Shown: one piece after another, positions 22,034 through 31,954 of the stretch
Numbering within the stretch: the stretch's first letter is position 1
Layout of the letters: each line of letters starts with the position of its first letter
Origin: an uncultured virus (IMG/VR IMGVR_UViG_3300025446_000005)
Taxonomy: Duplodnaviria > Heunggongvirae > Uroviricota > Caudoviricetes
Reading direction: 5' to 3' (one strand)
Length of the DNA: 64,000 nt
IMG/VR virus record: IMGVR_UViG_3300025446_000005
The notes under the pieces: generated by a model
Told to the model about the DNA's origin: nothing
The model's database searches: none
Seen by the model: only the letters and a program-made list of their open reading frames with translations
Program-made: the position numbers and the translations under genes

Positions 22034-23257
22034 TTGAAACATCAAAAGCCAAGCAAGAAGGAGCTCATAGCCGAGGCGAAGGCCCTTTTCGACAAAAACG
22101 ACCGGAAGCCGTTCAGCCGCGATTGGTTCCGTACCCATAGCAGGTTCGGCAACAGGTGGGGAGACCAGTTCGCCAAGTTTGCCGCATTCATGGAGGAGGC
22201 CAAGCTCCCCACGGTGGGAAGCACCTCCGACACGTCCCTCCCGCCCGAGCACCAATTGGAACTGGAGAAGGAAAAGGTCAAGGCGAAGCAGGCGGGCGTG
22301 GGGGCGCGGCTCAAGAGCGCCACCGAGCGCATCGTACTGCTGGAAAAGAACCTGGAGGTGGCCCTCTCGCTGAAGAAGCACAACCCCCAGGTAACCATCA
22401 TCGCCCCCAAGACCCCGTCCACGGGGTCGGAGTCGGTGGCGGTGACCATCGCCAGCGACTGGCACATCGAGGAGAACGTGGCCCCGGCGACCGTAAGCTA
22501 CAAGAACGAGTTCAACCTGAAAATCGGGGACAAACGGGCGACCAAATACTGGCAGGGCGTCCACAGGATGTACGACATCCTCAGGAGGGACACGGCGATA
22601 AACACCCTCGTCGTGGCGCTGCTCGGGGACTTCATCACGAACCACATCCACGAGGAGTTCCTGGAGAACAACAACCTGCTCCCCATGGAGGCCGTCTACA
22701 AGGTCGAGGGGATGCTGAGGAGCGGCCTCAAGTTCCTGCTGGAGAACGTCGAGAAGGACGTCAGGTTCGTCATCCCGTGCCACTACGGGAACCACTCGCG
22801 CACCACGGAGAAGACGCGGGGGGTCACCGAGGCCGGGCATTCCCTGGAGCGCCTGATATACTACCACCTTCGGGACCTCTTCGAGGGCGAGGACAGGCTC
22901 CAGTTCCAGATAGCCGAGGGCTACCATTCCTGGATCGGGCTGTTCGACAACAAGTACCGGATCAGGTGCCATCACGGGCACGCCATCAACTTCAACGGCG
23001 GCATCGGGGGGGTGGAGATCCCCATCAACCGCGCACTGGCGCAGTGGGACATGACGCAGCAGGCGGACCTCGACATATTCGGGCACTTCCACCGCCTGAT
23101 CGACAACTCGAAGTTCGTGATGAACGGCTCCCTGATAGGCTACAACGACTTTGCCGTCAGGATTCGGGCCCCGTACCAGAAGCCCCAGCAGGCGTTCTTC
23201 CTGGTCAACCGCAAATGGAACAGCAAGTCGGTGTTCACGCCGATCTTCCTGGAATGA
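22034..23257 (+). CDS. calcineurin-like metallophosphoesterase
   Basis: SDWH, LGDFI, GNH, HHGH and GHFH motifs in canonical order; GAGGAGG RBS before the TTG start. Confidence 0.85.
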   Translation: MKHQKPSKKELIAEAKALFDKNDRKPFSRDWFRTHSRFGNRWGDQFAKFAAFMEEAKLPTVGSTSDTSLPPEHQLELEKEKVKAKQAGVGARLKSATERIVLLEKNLEVALSLKKHNPQVTIIAPKTPSTGSESVAVTIASDWHIEENVAPATVSYKNEFNLKIGDKRATKYWQGVHRMYDILRRDTAINTLVVALLGDFITNHIHEEFLENNNLLPMEAVYKVEGMLRSGLKFLLENVEKDVRFVIPCHYGNHSRTTEKTRGVTEAGHSLERLIYYHLRDLFEGEDRLQFQIAEGYHSWIGLFDNKYRIRCHHGHAINFNGGIGGVEIPINRALAQWDMTQQADLDIFGHFHRLIDNSKFVMNGSLIGYNDFAVRIRAPYQKPQQAFFLVNRKWNSKSVFTPIFLE

Positions 23258-23298
23258 GGGCGGCCTGCGCCTTCCGGTGCCGATGGTATTAGCCTAGC

Positions 23299-24618
23299 AT
23301 GCCCAGATGGGCCTACTACAACGAAATCGATCCGTTCTGCGCGGAATGGCTGCGCAGGCTCATGGCGGCGGGCCAGATTCCCGAGGGAGAGGTCGATGAG
23401 CGAGACATCAGGAACGTCCGTCCCGACGACGTCCGGGGGTTCGCCCAGTGCCATTGGTTCGCCGGAATCGGGGTCTGGCCCTACGCCCTCCGCCTCGCGG
23501 GAGTCCCCGACGACTTCGGGTGCTGGACCGGCTCCTGCCCCTGCCAGCCCTATTCCGACGCGGGAAGGAGGAGAGGGGCCGCCGACGAACGTCACCTCTG
23601 GCCAGCCTGGTTCTCCCTCATCCGCGAGTGCCGTCCCCTCGTCGTCTTCGGGGAGCAGGTCGCGTCCTCCAAGGTCGTCGGGCAATCTGGCGGAAGGGCT
23701 GCACGCAAGGCTGGCGGGGCTGACGGAAAAGTGTGGCTCGACCTTGTTCAGGACGACCTGGAAGCGGAGGGCTACGCCTTCGGGGCACATGGTCTGGCTG
23801 CCTGCAATCTCGGCGCGCCGCACATCAGGAAACGATTGTACTTCGTGGCCGAGTCCGACCGTGGCGGAGCGGGAACGGCGGCGGGAGATCATCGACAAAT
23901 TGGCAAAATGGAGGCTGGAGAACCACGGGCAGACGACCGTCCCGCTCTACCTCTGCGAGGCGGCGAAGCTGGCGGGGTGGCCGAGCCCCAAGGTCGGGGG
24001 GGCGGACGAGTCCCTGGAGAACTGGGAAAGGCGGAAGCGGACGGAGTACGAGAGGTACCCGGGGAAGGGGATAGGCTCGGGGTCCCTGGGGATTGTGGCG
24101 CAGAAGGCGGGATGGCCGACCCCCATAACCTGCACTGGAGGCGGGGAGAGCGCAGAGGAGAAGCGGGCCAGGGGGAGGACAAAGTCGGGAGGGGGGGACC
24201 TTCAGTCGGCGGCCCTGACGGCGGGATGGGCCACCCCGACGGCCAGGGACTACCGCTTCCCGAACCTCAGGACGTACGAGGAACGGGGCGGGGGGAAGAA
24301 GGGGGAGCAGTTGAACAACCAAGTGGCGCACCTGATCTTCCTGGGGGAAATCCTTGGTCCGATCCCGTCTGGATCTTCTGCCGGGACGGAAGGTACCGCC
24401 CCATTCCCAGGGTGCCTGAACCCCTGTTTTGCGAGGTGGCTCCAGGGCTTGCCACTGATCTGGGACTTGTGCGCCATGGCGATACCCAGGTTTATTCGCC
24501 GTTCGTCGAGGGCACGCCGAACCGGAAGGCAAGGTTAAAGGGATACGCGAACTCCCTGTGCGCCCAGGCGGCCGCGACTTTCATAAAGGCCTACATGGGC
24601 ATCCAAGCGCATAGCTGA
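23299..24618 (+). CDS. DNA (cytosine-5) methyltransferase, main polypeptide
   Basis: FAGIG (motif I), GSCPCQPYS (IV), GEQV (VI), HIRKRLYFVA (VIII), RLKGYANSL (X-like). Confidence 0.85.
   Translation: MPRWAYYNEIDPFCAEWLRRLMAAGQIPEGEVDERDIRNVRPDDVRGFAQCHWFAGIGVWPYALRLAGVPDDFGCWTGSCPCQPYSDAGRRRGAADERHLWPAWFSLIRECRPLVVFGEQVASSKVVGQSGGRAARKAGGADGKVWLDLVQDDLEAEGYAFGAHGLAACNLGAPHIRKRLYFVAESDRGGAGTAAGDHRQIGKMEAGEPRADDRPALPLRGGEAGGVAEPQGRGGGRVPGELGKAEADGVREVPGEGDRLGVPGDCGAEGGMADPHNLHWRRGERRGEAGQGEDKVGRGGPSVGGPDGGMGHPDGQGLPLPEPQDVRGTGRGEEGGAVEQPSGAPDLPGGNPWSDPVWIFCRDGRYRPIPRVPEPLFCEVAPGLATDLGLVRHGDTQVYSPFVEGTPNRKARLKGYANSLCAQAAATFIKAYMGIQAHS
23396..24538 (+). CDS. overlapping +1-frame ORF, probable second C5-MTase polypeptide (W-[PA]-[ST]-P repeats and motif IX-like end); true start uncertain
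   Basis: 380 open codons nested in the MTase gene; WPSP, GWPSP, GWPTP, GWATPTARD repeats and LNPCFARWLQGLP..W. Confidence 0.65.
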   Translation: MSETSGTSVPTTSGGSPSAIGSPESGSGPTPSASRESPTTSGAGPAPAPASPIPTREGGEGPPTNVTSGQPGSPSSASAVPSSSSGSRSRPPRSSGNLAEGLHARLAGLTEKCGSTLFRTTWKRRATPSGHMVWLPAISARRTSGNDCTSWPSPTVAERERRREIIDKLAKWRLENHGQTTVPLYLCEAAKLAGWPSPKVGGADESLENWERRKRTEYERYPGKGIGSGSLGIVAQKAGWPTPITCTGGGESAEEKRARGRTKSGGGDLQSAALTAGWATPTARDYRFPNLRTYEERGGGKKGEQLNNQVAHLIFLGEILGPIPSGSSAGTEGTAPFPGCLNPCFARWLQGLPLIWDLCAMAIPRFIRRSSRARRTGRQG

Positions 24619-25013
24619 TGAGCAACCCAAGGGGCATGCCGAACGTATGGGAAGACTTTCCTCAGAGAAAGGACGCCCATGGCAGGCATCTCTGCAAGAA
24701 ATGCGGCAATGTCCTGGACGGAAAGAAGACCGCCTGGTGCGGAAAAGAATGCCTGAAGGCCGTCCTGTTCCTGGTCCGATGGCCGGTGGTAAGGAACTTT
24801 GTCCGCCGGAGGGACAAGTGGACGTGCCAGATGTGCGGGAGGCCGGGACGGGAGGTGGACCACATCGTCGAGGTGGCGGACGGGGGGCTGAGCGTCCCGG
24901 AAAACCTGTGGGTTTTATGCCATGCGGATCATATGGCGAAGACTGCGGCGTCTAGGAAGGCAAGGGCGAAAAGGAACGGGACCGCACCTTCCTCGCCTCC
25001 TGTATCTTCCTGA
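24618..25013 (+). CDS. HNH endonuclease with N-terminal Zn ribbon
   Basis: CKKCG...WCGKEC, then RRDKWTCQMCG..REVDHIVEVADGG...ENLWVLC..DH. Confidence 0.85.
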   Translation: MSNPRGMPNVWEDFPQRKDAHGRHLCKKCGNVLDGKKTAWCGKECLKAVLFLVRWPVVRNFVRRRDKWTCQMCGRPGREVDHIVEVADGGLSVPENLWVLCHADHMAKTAASRKARAKRNGTAPSSPPVSS

Positions 25014-25548
25014 TTTCCTCGCAGTCGGCGCAGGCGGGCCTGCCGCAGACGCCTTCCTGTCCTTCCTTGTCCCTATAGTCCCCGTACTTCCTGCGGACCC
25101 CCTTGGCGAGGGCCACGAGGGCCTCGTCGAACGTGGCCCCGCCGCAGTCCAGGCTGGGATCGTGGTACGGGATGTCCTGGGTCTCGTCATGCCATTGGGA
25201 GGGGTAGCCGTACTCCATCGAGCCGAACTCCAGCCAGCATTCCGGGACGGTGTTCAGCGAGGCGTCATCGTTAACCTTGCCGGAGGCGTCCACCTTGGCG
25301 TAGAAGATGCTGAGGTTCTCCTCGATGGCATGGCGGAGGAGGTGACGCCATTCCCTCCAGCACTTGCCGCCCCCTCCGTGAGCGCTCCCAACCCGATCGC
25401 GAGTGACGACGAAGCCTTTCTTTTCCAGGTCGTCGGCCTCCTTGCGGGAGACCTCGTTGCGCGCCCGGAGGCAGAGCCCGGGGTGATTGTAAAGGAACCA
25501 CCAAGCGTCGTAGGCGCTTCCGATCTTATGGATGCATTTTTTGGACAT
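24952..25548 (-). CDS. hypothetical protein
   Basis: 198-aa ORF with protein-like composition directly after the upstream minus-strand gene. Confidence 0.6.
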   Translation of the reverse strand: MSKKCIHKIGSAYDAWWFLYNHPGLCLRARNEVSRKEADDLEKKGFVVTRDRVGSAHGGGGKCWREWRHLLRHAIEENLSIFYAKVDASGKVNDDASLNTVPECWLEFGSMEYGYPSQWHDETQDIPYHDPSLDCGGATFDEALVALAKGVRRKYGDYRDKEGQEGVCGRPACADCEEIRKIQEARKVRSRSFSPLPS

Positions 25549-25559
25549 ACAGGAAAATA

Positions 25560-28394
25560 CTATGCCCGGGCGGAAGCCTGCCTTACCCAGAAGGCCTTCT
25601 GCTGCCCGCCGAGGCTGACGGTTTCCTTGCGGAACCCGAAGGACTTGGCCAGGCCGTCGTAGTAGAGCCCTATCTTGTCCGCCTCGACCGAGAGGTCCTT
25701 TTCGGCGATGCTCTCCGAGGTATGGATGGCCACGTACTTAATCCCGTTCCTCCTGGCCATCTCCAGCAGGGTGGAGATCGCATACTCGGCCCAGTCCTTG
25801 AACAGCTCCGTGAGGCGGCGGCGTATGCGCTCCATCTCCTCCACGGTATAGCCATGCTGGATGAGGAGGCGTCTTCCGACGTCGTACCTCTGGTGCATGG
25901 TCGTCCTCTCCTCCGGCCCCTCGTCCCCCTCGTCCTCCCCCTCCCCCTCGATCCTCTGCATCTCCTTCGTGATCTTCTCGCGCACGCGGGGATTGATTAT
26001 CCCGGCGAAGAACTCCTCGAAGGTCTCCGCCTCCAGGACGGCCTTCGCCTGGCTGACGGAGTTGATGAGGTCCGTCTGCACCTCGTCCACGAGCAGCCAG
26101 TCCTTGTCGATGAAGTCCAGGCGCAGCCACCCCACCGTGTCCTTGCCCACGGGGTGCCCCGACATCTCGCTGGACTTCCCGACGTAGTCCACGTAGTCAG
26201 ACAGCAGCATGTCCTCCCCCATGATGCCCTTGGCGGAAGCCCCCTGGTTGATTTGCAGGACGAGCTGCTCCGCGTCCCGGAAGGACTCCTCGGGGTCGTG
26301 GTAGGTCTCGTAGGATACCCCGTAGTCCTTCTCCGGCGGCTCCTCCGTCTCCAGCCAGCCCTCTAGCTGGCCGAGGGTGACGGTCGGCCCGTTGCGGCGC
26401 AGCCTGGTGAACAGCGAGGAATTCTGGGCGAACGGGAATTTCTTCTGGAAGTCCTTCCACGGGAGCTCCCGGACGCCGTTGTCCTGGTACCACTTCAGGA
26501 CCCTGGCCACGAGGTCGTGCTCCTTCGACAGGGGGGCTTCGAGAGTTCTGACGTTTTCAAGGACGTCCGCCCTCTTGAGCAGGGAGCTATCCATGCTTCC
26601 CACATGGATGCCTTCGTCCCCGGCCTCGGGCTCGGGAAACAGGCGGCGGTGCTGCGGGGACGGGGTCCAGGGCTCCTTGTATTCCTCCCCCTCGTTCGGG
26701 ATGTGGAACCCCGGAGGCATCTTGGGCTTCTCGCCGAAGTGCTTGTCCATCTCCTCCCTGAGGTAGTCCGAATACCTTTCCTCGCTGAACCAATCTCCTC
26801 CAATGGAGAGATATACGTCCTGGTCCCAGTCCGGTATCCTCTTGCCCTTGTCCTCCACCTGGTCGGCATACTTTTTTGCCCTGGAAAAAGACAGGGTCTG
26901 CCTGACCGGCTGGTCGTCCCCGCCGTATTCGATGTCCGTGCCCCAGTTCTCGCCGTGCCCGAGCATCTCCAGGGCCGCCTCGACCTCGCTTTCCGCATCG
27001 TACTCGCCCGGCTGCGTGGCGGAATACAGCTCCACCGCCCGCTTGAGCGCCTCGCAGGCGGCGGGCTCCTCAGCCTCGCTGTTCCTGGGACGGCGCAGGT
27101 AACGGAAGTATGCTTCGGTGGCCTTGCCGTCCGGGTCCACGGCGTCCAGCAGCTCCTCGACGCTGTCCTTGTCTACGGGAGCGAAGTCGGATGGGACCTT
27201 GCTGGGGTTCTGGTATGCCAGGGCCAGGGCGAAGTTGCCAAGGTAGTTCGGGCTCCTTACGGGGGTCCGCTTGCCTTCCTTCCATTCGTCCTGCTCCTTG
27301 TTGGACCACTCATCCAGGAGGTTGGTCAGTTCCCAGAAGCTGGGGGCGGCGGCGGAATCCTCGCCGAAGTACAGGTCCAGCACCTCCCTTCCTTCTTGCC
27401 TCGCATAGTGGTAGAGGAAGTCCTTCCCGGTGGCCCACCTCTGGACGACGAACACTTCGTCCGCGGGATTCCATGCGTCCTGATCGAACTCCAGGAGCTC
27501 GATGATTTTTGCTACCTGGGGACTTATGGCAAGGGATCCGAGGTCCGGGCGGGCGGCGATCAAATCCCGGTACATCTCGGGGCTCAGGTCGCTCAGCTTG
27601 AAGTTGTTCGCGGGCTTGTAGCCGCCGCCTACGATGCCTTTGATGAGGTTGGAGTCTTTGAGCAATGCGACTATGTAGGGATGCAGCCTCGGCACCGGCT
27701 TGTTGTTCTGCTTCCCCTTCATCTCGCCGAGATAGCCGTTCTTGTTGAATATGAACGTTGCGTGCGGCTCCCACCACGTCTCCTTGCCGACCATCCTAGG
27801 CTGCCGCAGGGACAGGATCTCCTGCCTGGGATTGTCCTTCTACGGGGAGTTCCCGCAGTGTCCCATGGCGTCGGCCTCGTCGGGGCACGACGCCCTGGGC
27901 AGCCTCCACCATGCCCAGCCGTCCGGGAACCGGACGACGATCTCGTCCTCGGGCCTGGGCCTGAGGAGGTTTTTCCTGGCCCTGTTGAACTCTTCCTCCA
28001 GCTTGGGGAAGGCATCCCGCAGCAGGGCCTCGGGGTTCTCGTTCTTGAACGTCCTGGCCTGTATCTCGGGGATCGGAAGGCTCAGGTAGTGTTCCAGTCC
28101 TCCCCGGAGCTCCCCCACGGTGAAGTTCCCGAGCTCCTCGATGTCCTTGGAGAGGGATTGGAGAAGGGCCGAGGCTTGCGGCTGCTGCTCAGGAAGGTCT
28201 GGAAGGCTGGCCGCCATGGCGGCACGGGCCCACCGGAGGAACCACACGATCCTGTCCTGCTTCTTGAGGAAATGCTTAGCCCAGCCTATGCTGGTGTCTA
28301 CTTGGGGCTTAAGGGCGGGATTGATCGCCAGGAGCCCCCTGAACATCTCCCGGTAGTCTGCGGCTTGGACAAGAAACTCCGAACGTAGGTCCAT
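25560..28394 (-). CDS. multi-domain protein (PcfJ-like domain plus a C-terminal LLVDEVQTD domain) interrupted by an in-frame TAG at 27840-27842; readthrough gene or pseudogene
   Basis: ORFs 27840..28394 and 25560..27794 are in the same frame and read through as EADAMGHCGNSP*KDNPRQEILSLRQP...PHATF...GEMKGKQNNKP, a continuous PcfJ-like motif series. Confidence 0.7.
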
Positions 28395-29707
28395 AGTGCC
28401 CCAACTAAAGAGCGGAATAGACTGGATTGGGGCTTGAGCGGGGTATATGGGGTATACGGGACCGAAGCCGGGGCCGGGGCGGGCTGGGGATCGGACTTGA
28501 ACGGGGTTAGGACCAGAGGCTTGATCGGGATTGAGACCGAAGCCTGTACCAGACTGGACTGGGGGACGGGCTTGGACGGACTGGGCGAAGCCGGGGCCGG
28601 GGCGGGCTGGGGATCGGACTGGGACTTGACGAAGGCCAGCCATGCCGCCTGGGACGACGAGCAGAAGCACCTGAGCCCGCTTGCGTTTCGGGCCAGGAGG
28701 GTGCTACGGGACGATGGCTCCAGGGCAAGCGCAAGCACGAAGGCAATGTCGTCGGCGCTGTTGGGATCCGCCTTGCTCCATTGGCTGGCCCACCCTACGG
28801 CCGGCGAGACGACCATCGGTAGGCCCGCCACGGTCATGTCGGCCGACACTATGTTGAAGGTTTCGCTGTAGCTGACCTGCATACCGACGTCGCACGTCTG
28901 CAGCATGCTCAGGAAGGCCGGATGGCCCATCCAGCCATGCTCCACGAGCTGCTGGCCAGTGGCCTGGAACAACGCCCGGAGGTTCTTGAGGACGCTAGCC
29001 CCGCCCGTCTCGACCCGCATGCCATTGATGTGGAAGCGAAGGCTCTTGCCTATCGCCTTCGCATACTTGATTGCTGCGACCGCCTGGGTCAGTTGATTCT
29101 TGAACGGACGGATGGCCCCGAAGCATCCGACATCAAGGACGTCATCGGGGGCCTTGGATGCCGGGGTGACGGGCTGGAACGGGTAGTAGTTGGGGAGGAA
29201 CGGGATTTTTGCCTCCACCTCGGAGTCGGACCATGATGGGTTGGCCGAGCCCACGATGGCCCTGACGTCATTGGCCAGGTTCCGGGAATTGGGGGCGAAC
29301 ACCACGTTCTTGCGCCGGACGTATCCGGTTATCCATTCTATGGCGACACCCTCCTGGGCGAGGAACGGCACGGCGCTGTGCCCCCTGACCACCCATTTGA
29401 CCCGTGGATGCAGCTTCTGGAGGACGTCGAACTTGTCCGGCACGACCCACAGGGCCTCGATGAACACGATGTCGGGCCTGAAGGCCGCCACCTCGCGATC
29501 TATGTAGTTGTTGTCCAGGACCTCGACGAGCCGGGCCTCCACGCCGTTGTCGTTGAGCATCTCCACGATGAACCGGGCGGAGTTGAGGAGGCCGCTGGAC
29601 AAGGTGCTGCTATAGCTCAGAACGGCATCCCCGTACTCTTCCTCGTTCCAGTAGCCAGATGCCCCATAGTGCTCCCGATGCTTGAGGATGAACAGGACTT
29701 TTGGCAA
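28298..29707 (-). CDS. GT-B fold (GT4-like) glycosyltransferase with a Pro/Ser-rich tail
   Basis: VGCFGAIRPFKNQ and QVSYSETFNIVSAD..AGLPMVVS resemble the GT4 donor-binding motifs. Confidence 0.7.
   Translation of the reverse strand: MPKVLFILKHREHYGASGYWNEEEYGDAVLSYSSTLSSGLLNSARFIVEMLNDNGVEARLVEVLDNNYIDREVAAFRPDIVFIEALWVVPDKFDVLQKLHPRVKWVVRGHSAVPFLAQEGVAIEWITGYVRRKNVVFAPNSRNLANDVRAIVGSANPSWSDSEVEAKIPFLPNYYPFQPVTPASKAPDDVLDVGCFGAIRPFKNQLTQAVAAIKYAKAIGKSLRFHINGMRVETGGASVLKNLRALFQATGQQLVEHGWMGHPAFLSMLQTCDVGMQVSYSETFNIVSADMTVAGLPMVVSPAVGWASQWSKADPNSADDIAFVLALALEPSSRSTLLARNASGLRCFCSSSQAAWLAFVKSQSDPQPAPAPASPSPSKPVPQSSLVQASVSIPIKPLVLTPFKSDPQPAPAPASVPYTPYTPLKPQSSLFRSLVGALWTYVRSFLSKPQTTGRCSGGSWRSIPPLSPK
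28463..28620. repeat. 35-bp direct repeat (28463-28497 and 28586-28620) in the glycosyltransferase tail
   Basis: cgaagccggggccggggcgggctggggatcggact twice, encoding SDPQPAPAPAS. Confidence 0.85.
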
Positions 29708-29758
29708 GATACACCCCCGGCTTCATGGCCTTCATTATCGGAAGCAGAAGTCGGAGTT

Positions 29759-30433
29759 TCAGCTCAGGGACGGGGTGTTCGGCTGGTATCCCACTGGGCC
29801 GTCAGGGGGTGGGGGTGGGGCCTCGACGGGCGGAAGAGGGCCAAGGCCAGTGGTGCCATCGGGGCGTACTATCCCCATGACCAGGGAGGCCTCATCCGGA
29901 ACAGATTCTTGGGGAGGAACGGGGGTGGGAACTGGCTGGCCCTCGGGAGGGACGGGACCTGGTTCTTCGCTGGGCGGCTCCGTTTTCCCGGCATCTTCGG
30001 GAGGGCCCCCCTGGGGGCCCGCCTCCGGTGCCTTCTTCGCGGCCTCCTGGCCAGGCTGGCCCTCCTGCATGGTCTCGTAGTAGAACAGGTAGGAACGGGC
30101 GTCCTCGGGCTTGACGCCCTCGGGGAGCTCCCACCTGACGTTGATGGCCTTTCCCTTGAACGACTCCAGCTCCGCCTTGAGGACCTCGACCTTCCCTCCC
30201 CGGTCCTTGATGAGGGCGGCGCACAGGACGGAGAGCCGCTTGCTGGCGTTCAGGGCGCTCTGGTAGCTCTGGGAAATCCTGCCGATGACCGTGGCGGGGT
30301 CGTTGTGCACCTGCCGGAGCTCGCCTTCGAGCTGCTCGGCGTATGCCCGCAGGGACTTCATGAACTGCTTCTTCGCCGTTGCCTTGTACTTCTTGAGCCC
30401 CATGGGCTTGTTTTTCTTCATGCTTCCCCCCAT
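29759..30433 (-). CDS. hypothetical protein, coiled-coil N-terminus and Pro-rich tail
   Basis: 224-aa ORF with protein-like composition. Confidence 0.6.
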   Translation of the reverse strand: MGGSMKKNKPMGLKKYKATAKKQFMKSLRAYAEQLEGELRQVHNDPATVIGRISQSYQSALNASKRLSVLCAALIKDRGGKVEVLKAELESFKGKAINVRWELPEGVKPEDARSYLFYYETMQEGQPGQEAAKKAPEAGPQGGPPEDAGKTEPPSEEPGPVPPEGQPVPTPVPPQESVPDEASLVMGIVRPDGTTGLGPLPPVEAPPPPPDGPVGYQPNTPSLS

Positions 30434-30460
30434 TGAACGAGATGGTCGGAAGGCCCAGCG

Positions 30461-30844
30461 CTACGCCTTGGGTTGCTCGGCCTCATCGCCGCTTTCCGCG
30501 GCCTGCTTTGCATTCTTTCCCCACTCTATGGCCTTCTTGACCATGAAGTCGTAGTCGTCGGGCCCGCAGTCGAACAGGGCCGAGCCCCACAGCTCGTGGA
30601 ACCAATAGGCGGGGTCCTTGTGGGCGGGGTCGGCGGTGACGACCCTCGTCTGGGGATCCACCTTGAACTTGGTGCCCAGCTTGCTGGCCTCGTCCGGGGA
30701 GTCGATCTTGGAGTCGAACAGGGGGTCCCAGTACTGCTCTATGTGCGTGGACAGTTCCTCGTACTCCCGGAGCCCGACCTTCTTGTAGATCACCCCGTCC
30801 GCCTGGAAAGTGGAGCCAACCTTGATTGCATCGAACTTGCTCAT
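30461..30844 (-). CDS. hypothetical protein
   Basis: AAGGAGG RBS before MSKFDAIKVG. Confidence 0.65.
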   Translation of the reverse strand: MSKFDAIKVGSTFQADGVIYKKVGLREYEELSTHIEQYWDPLFDSKIDSPDEASKLGTKFKVDPQTRVVTADPAHKDPAYWFHELWGSALFDCGPDDYDFMVKKAIEWGKNAKQAAESGDEAEQPKA

Positions 30845-30934
30845 ATTCCTCCTTCGTCGACCAAATGCCGAAAATCGAAAAAATACCCTTTTCCAAGGGC
30901 CTTCCCGATGTATATTACTGGCAGGAGAGAAAAA

Positions 30935-31378
30935 ATGCAGGGAATGATATCGGACCCCAGCATGGCCATAAGGTTCATCCTCGGGGGGAATGCCATAGTG
31001 ACCTTCGTGAGCGGCAAGACCGGGGCCAGGTACACCTACAAGGTTCGGGAGGCACCGAAGGCGGGCGACAGGCCTCCGGTGCATTTTGTCGACCTCCTTA
31101 CCGGCCCGAGCAACGAGGACGACTATTCCTACATCGGGATCATCACGCCCGACGAAAGGTTCCTCTGGACCAAGAAGTCCAAGGTGGGGCCGGAAAGCCC
31201 GTCCGTGACCGCCATGAAATGGGTGATGGATCACCTTTCCCAGGGAAACATGCCCCCCATGACCGAGATATGGCACGAGGGAAGGTGCGGGCGTTGCGGG
31301 AGGCTCCTGACCGTGCCGGAATCGGTCGACAACGGGTTTGGGCCGGAATGCATGGGGAAGGCCCTGGCGGGCTGCTAG
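30935..31378 (+). CDS. DUF6011-like Zn-binding protein
   Basis: C-terminal HEGRCGRCGRLLTVPESVDNGFGPEC; AGGAG RBS. Confidence 0.7.
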   Translation: MQGMISDPSMAIRFILGGNAIVTFVSGKTGARYTYKVREAPKAGDRPPVHFVDLLTGPSNEDDYSYIGIITPDERFLWTKKSKVGPESPSVTAMKWVMDHLSQGNMPPMTEIWHEGRCGRCGRLLTVPESVDNGFGPECMGKALAGC

Positions 31379-31896
31379 GGGCTCACCTTCTGCTCGGTCG
31401 GGTCGTGTTCGTCCAGGAGGGAGTCCAGGGAGGACACGTTGCTGGCCTCGTCCCCCGTCTCCACTTCCTCGGCTGCCGCTGGGGCGGTCGGGATGGCCCC
31501 CGCCTTGGCAAGCTGCTCGGGGCTCCTCTGGATCGTCTTGACCCCGGGAGGCCTCTTCGGTCGGTTGGCCCCCTGTGACACCCCGGCGACCTTGGTCACC
31601 GTCTCGCCTTCCAACCCCTTTTGATCAACGAGCTTGACGGGCCCGACGGGTGGGCGTTGGGCCTCCTCGACGGCCTCGGCAAGCCTCTCCGAGAGGAGGA
31701 ATTCGAGCATGGAGCGCCCGGCATCCTCCTCGTGCTTGTGGCATATCTTGAAATACCTTTCCGCCAACGGATCGTTTGCATTAGACGTCACAACAAGGGA
31801 CTCCTTGCATCGAGGATCCTTGAAATCGCACTCCACTGCACACCCACACGACAGGGAGATGCGCACCCTGTATATCGAGAGCCTTTCTACCTTCAT
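31375..31896 (-). CDS. hypothetical protein, Cys/His-rich N-terminus and acidic tail
   Basis: GGGAGG RBS, LSCGC...C...CHKH. Confidence 0.6.
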   Translation of the reverse strand: MKVERLSIYRVRISLSCGCAVECDFKDPRCKESLVVTSNANDPLAERYFKICHKHEEDAGRSMLEFLLSERLAEAVEEAQRPPVGPVKLVDQKGLEGETVTKVAGVSQGANRPKRPPGVKTIQRSPEQLAKAGAIPTAPAAAEEVETGDEASNVSSLDSLLDEHDPTEQKVSP

Positions 31897-31954
31897 TGAA
31901 TTCCTCCCAAAAACTCAACTACTGACTATCAGTACCGCCAATTAGGGGAGAATT

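Noticed and set aside
22034..23257. Phosphoesterase as the SbcD/Mre11 partner of the split SbcC
   Set aside because: It has a long N-terminal extension, lies far away on the opposite strand, and its motifs fit generic phage metallophosphoesterases; not supportable.
23299..25013. MTase plus HNH as a restriction-modification system
   Set aside because: The small Zn-ribbon HNH resembles free-standing phage HNH proteins; adjacency alone is insufficient.
28395..28670. Upstream extension of ORF 27840-28670
   Set aside because: It overlaps the glycosyltransferase tail repeat in another frame; the ATG at 28394 is the more plausible start.
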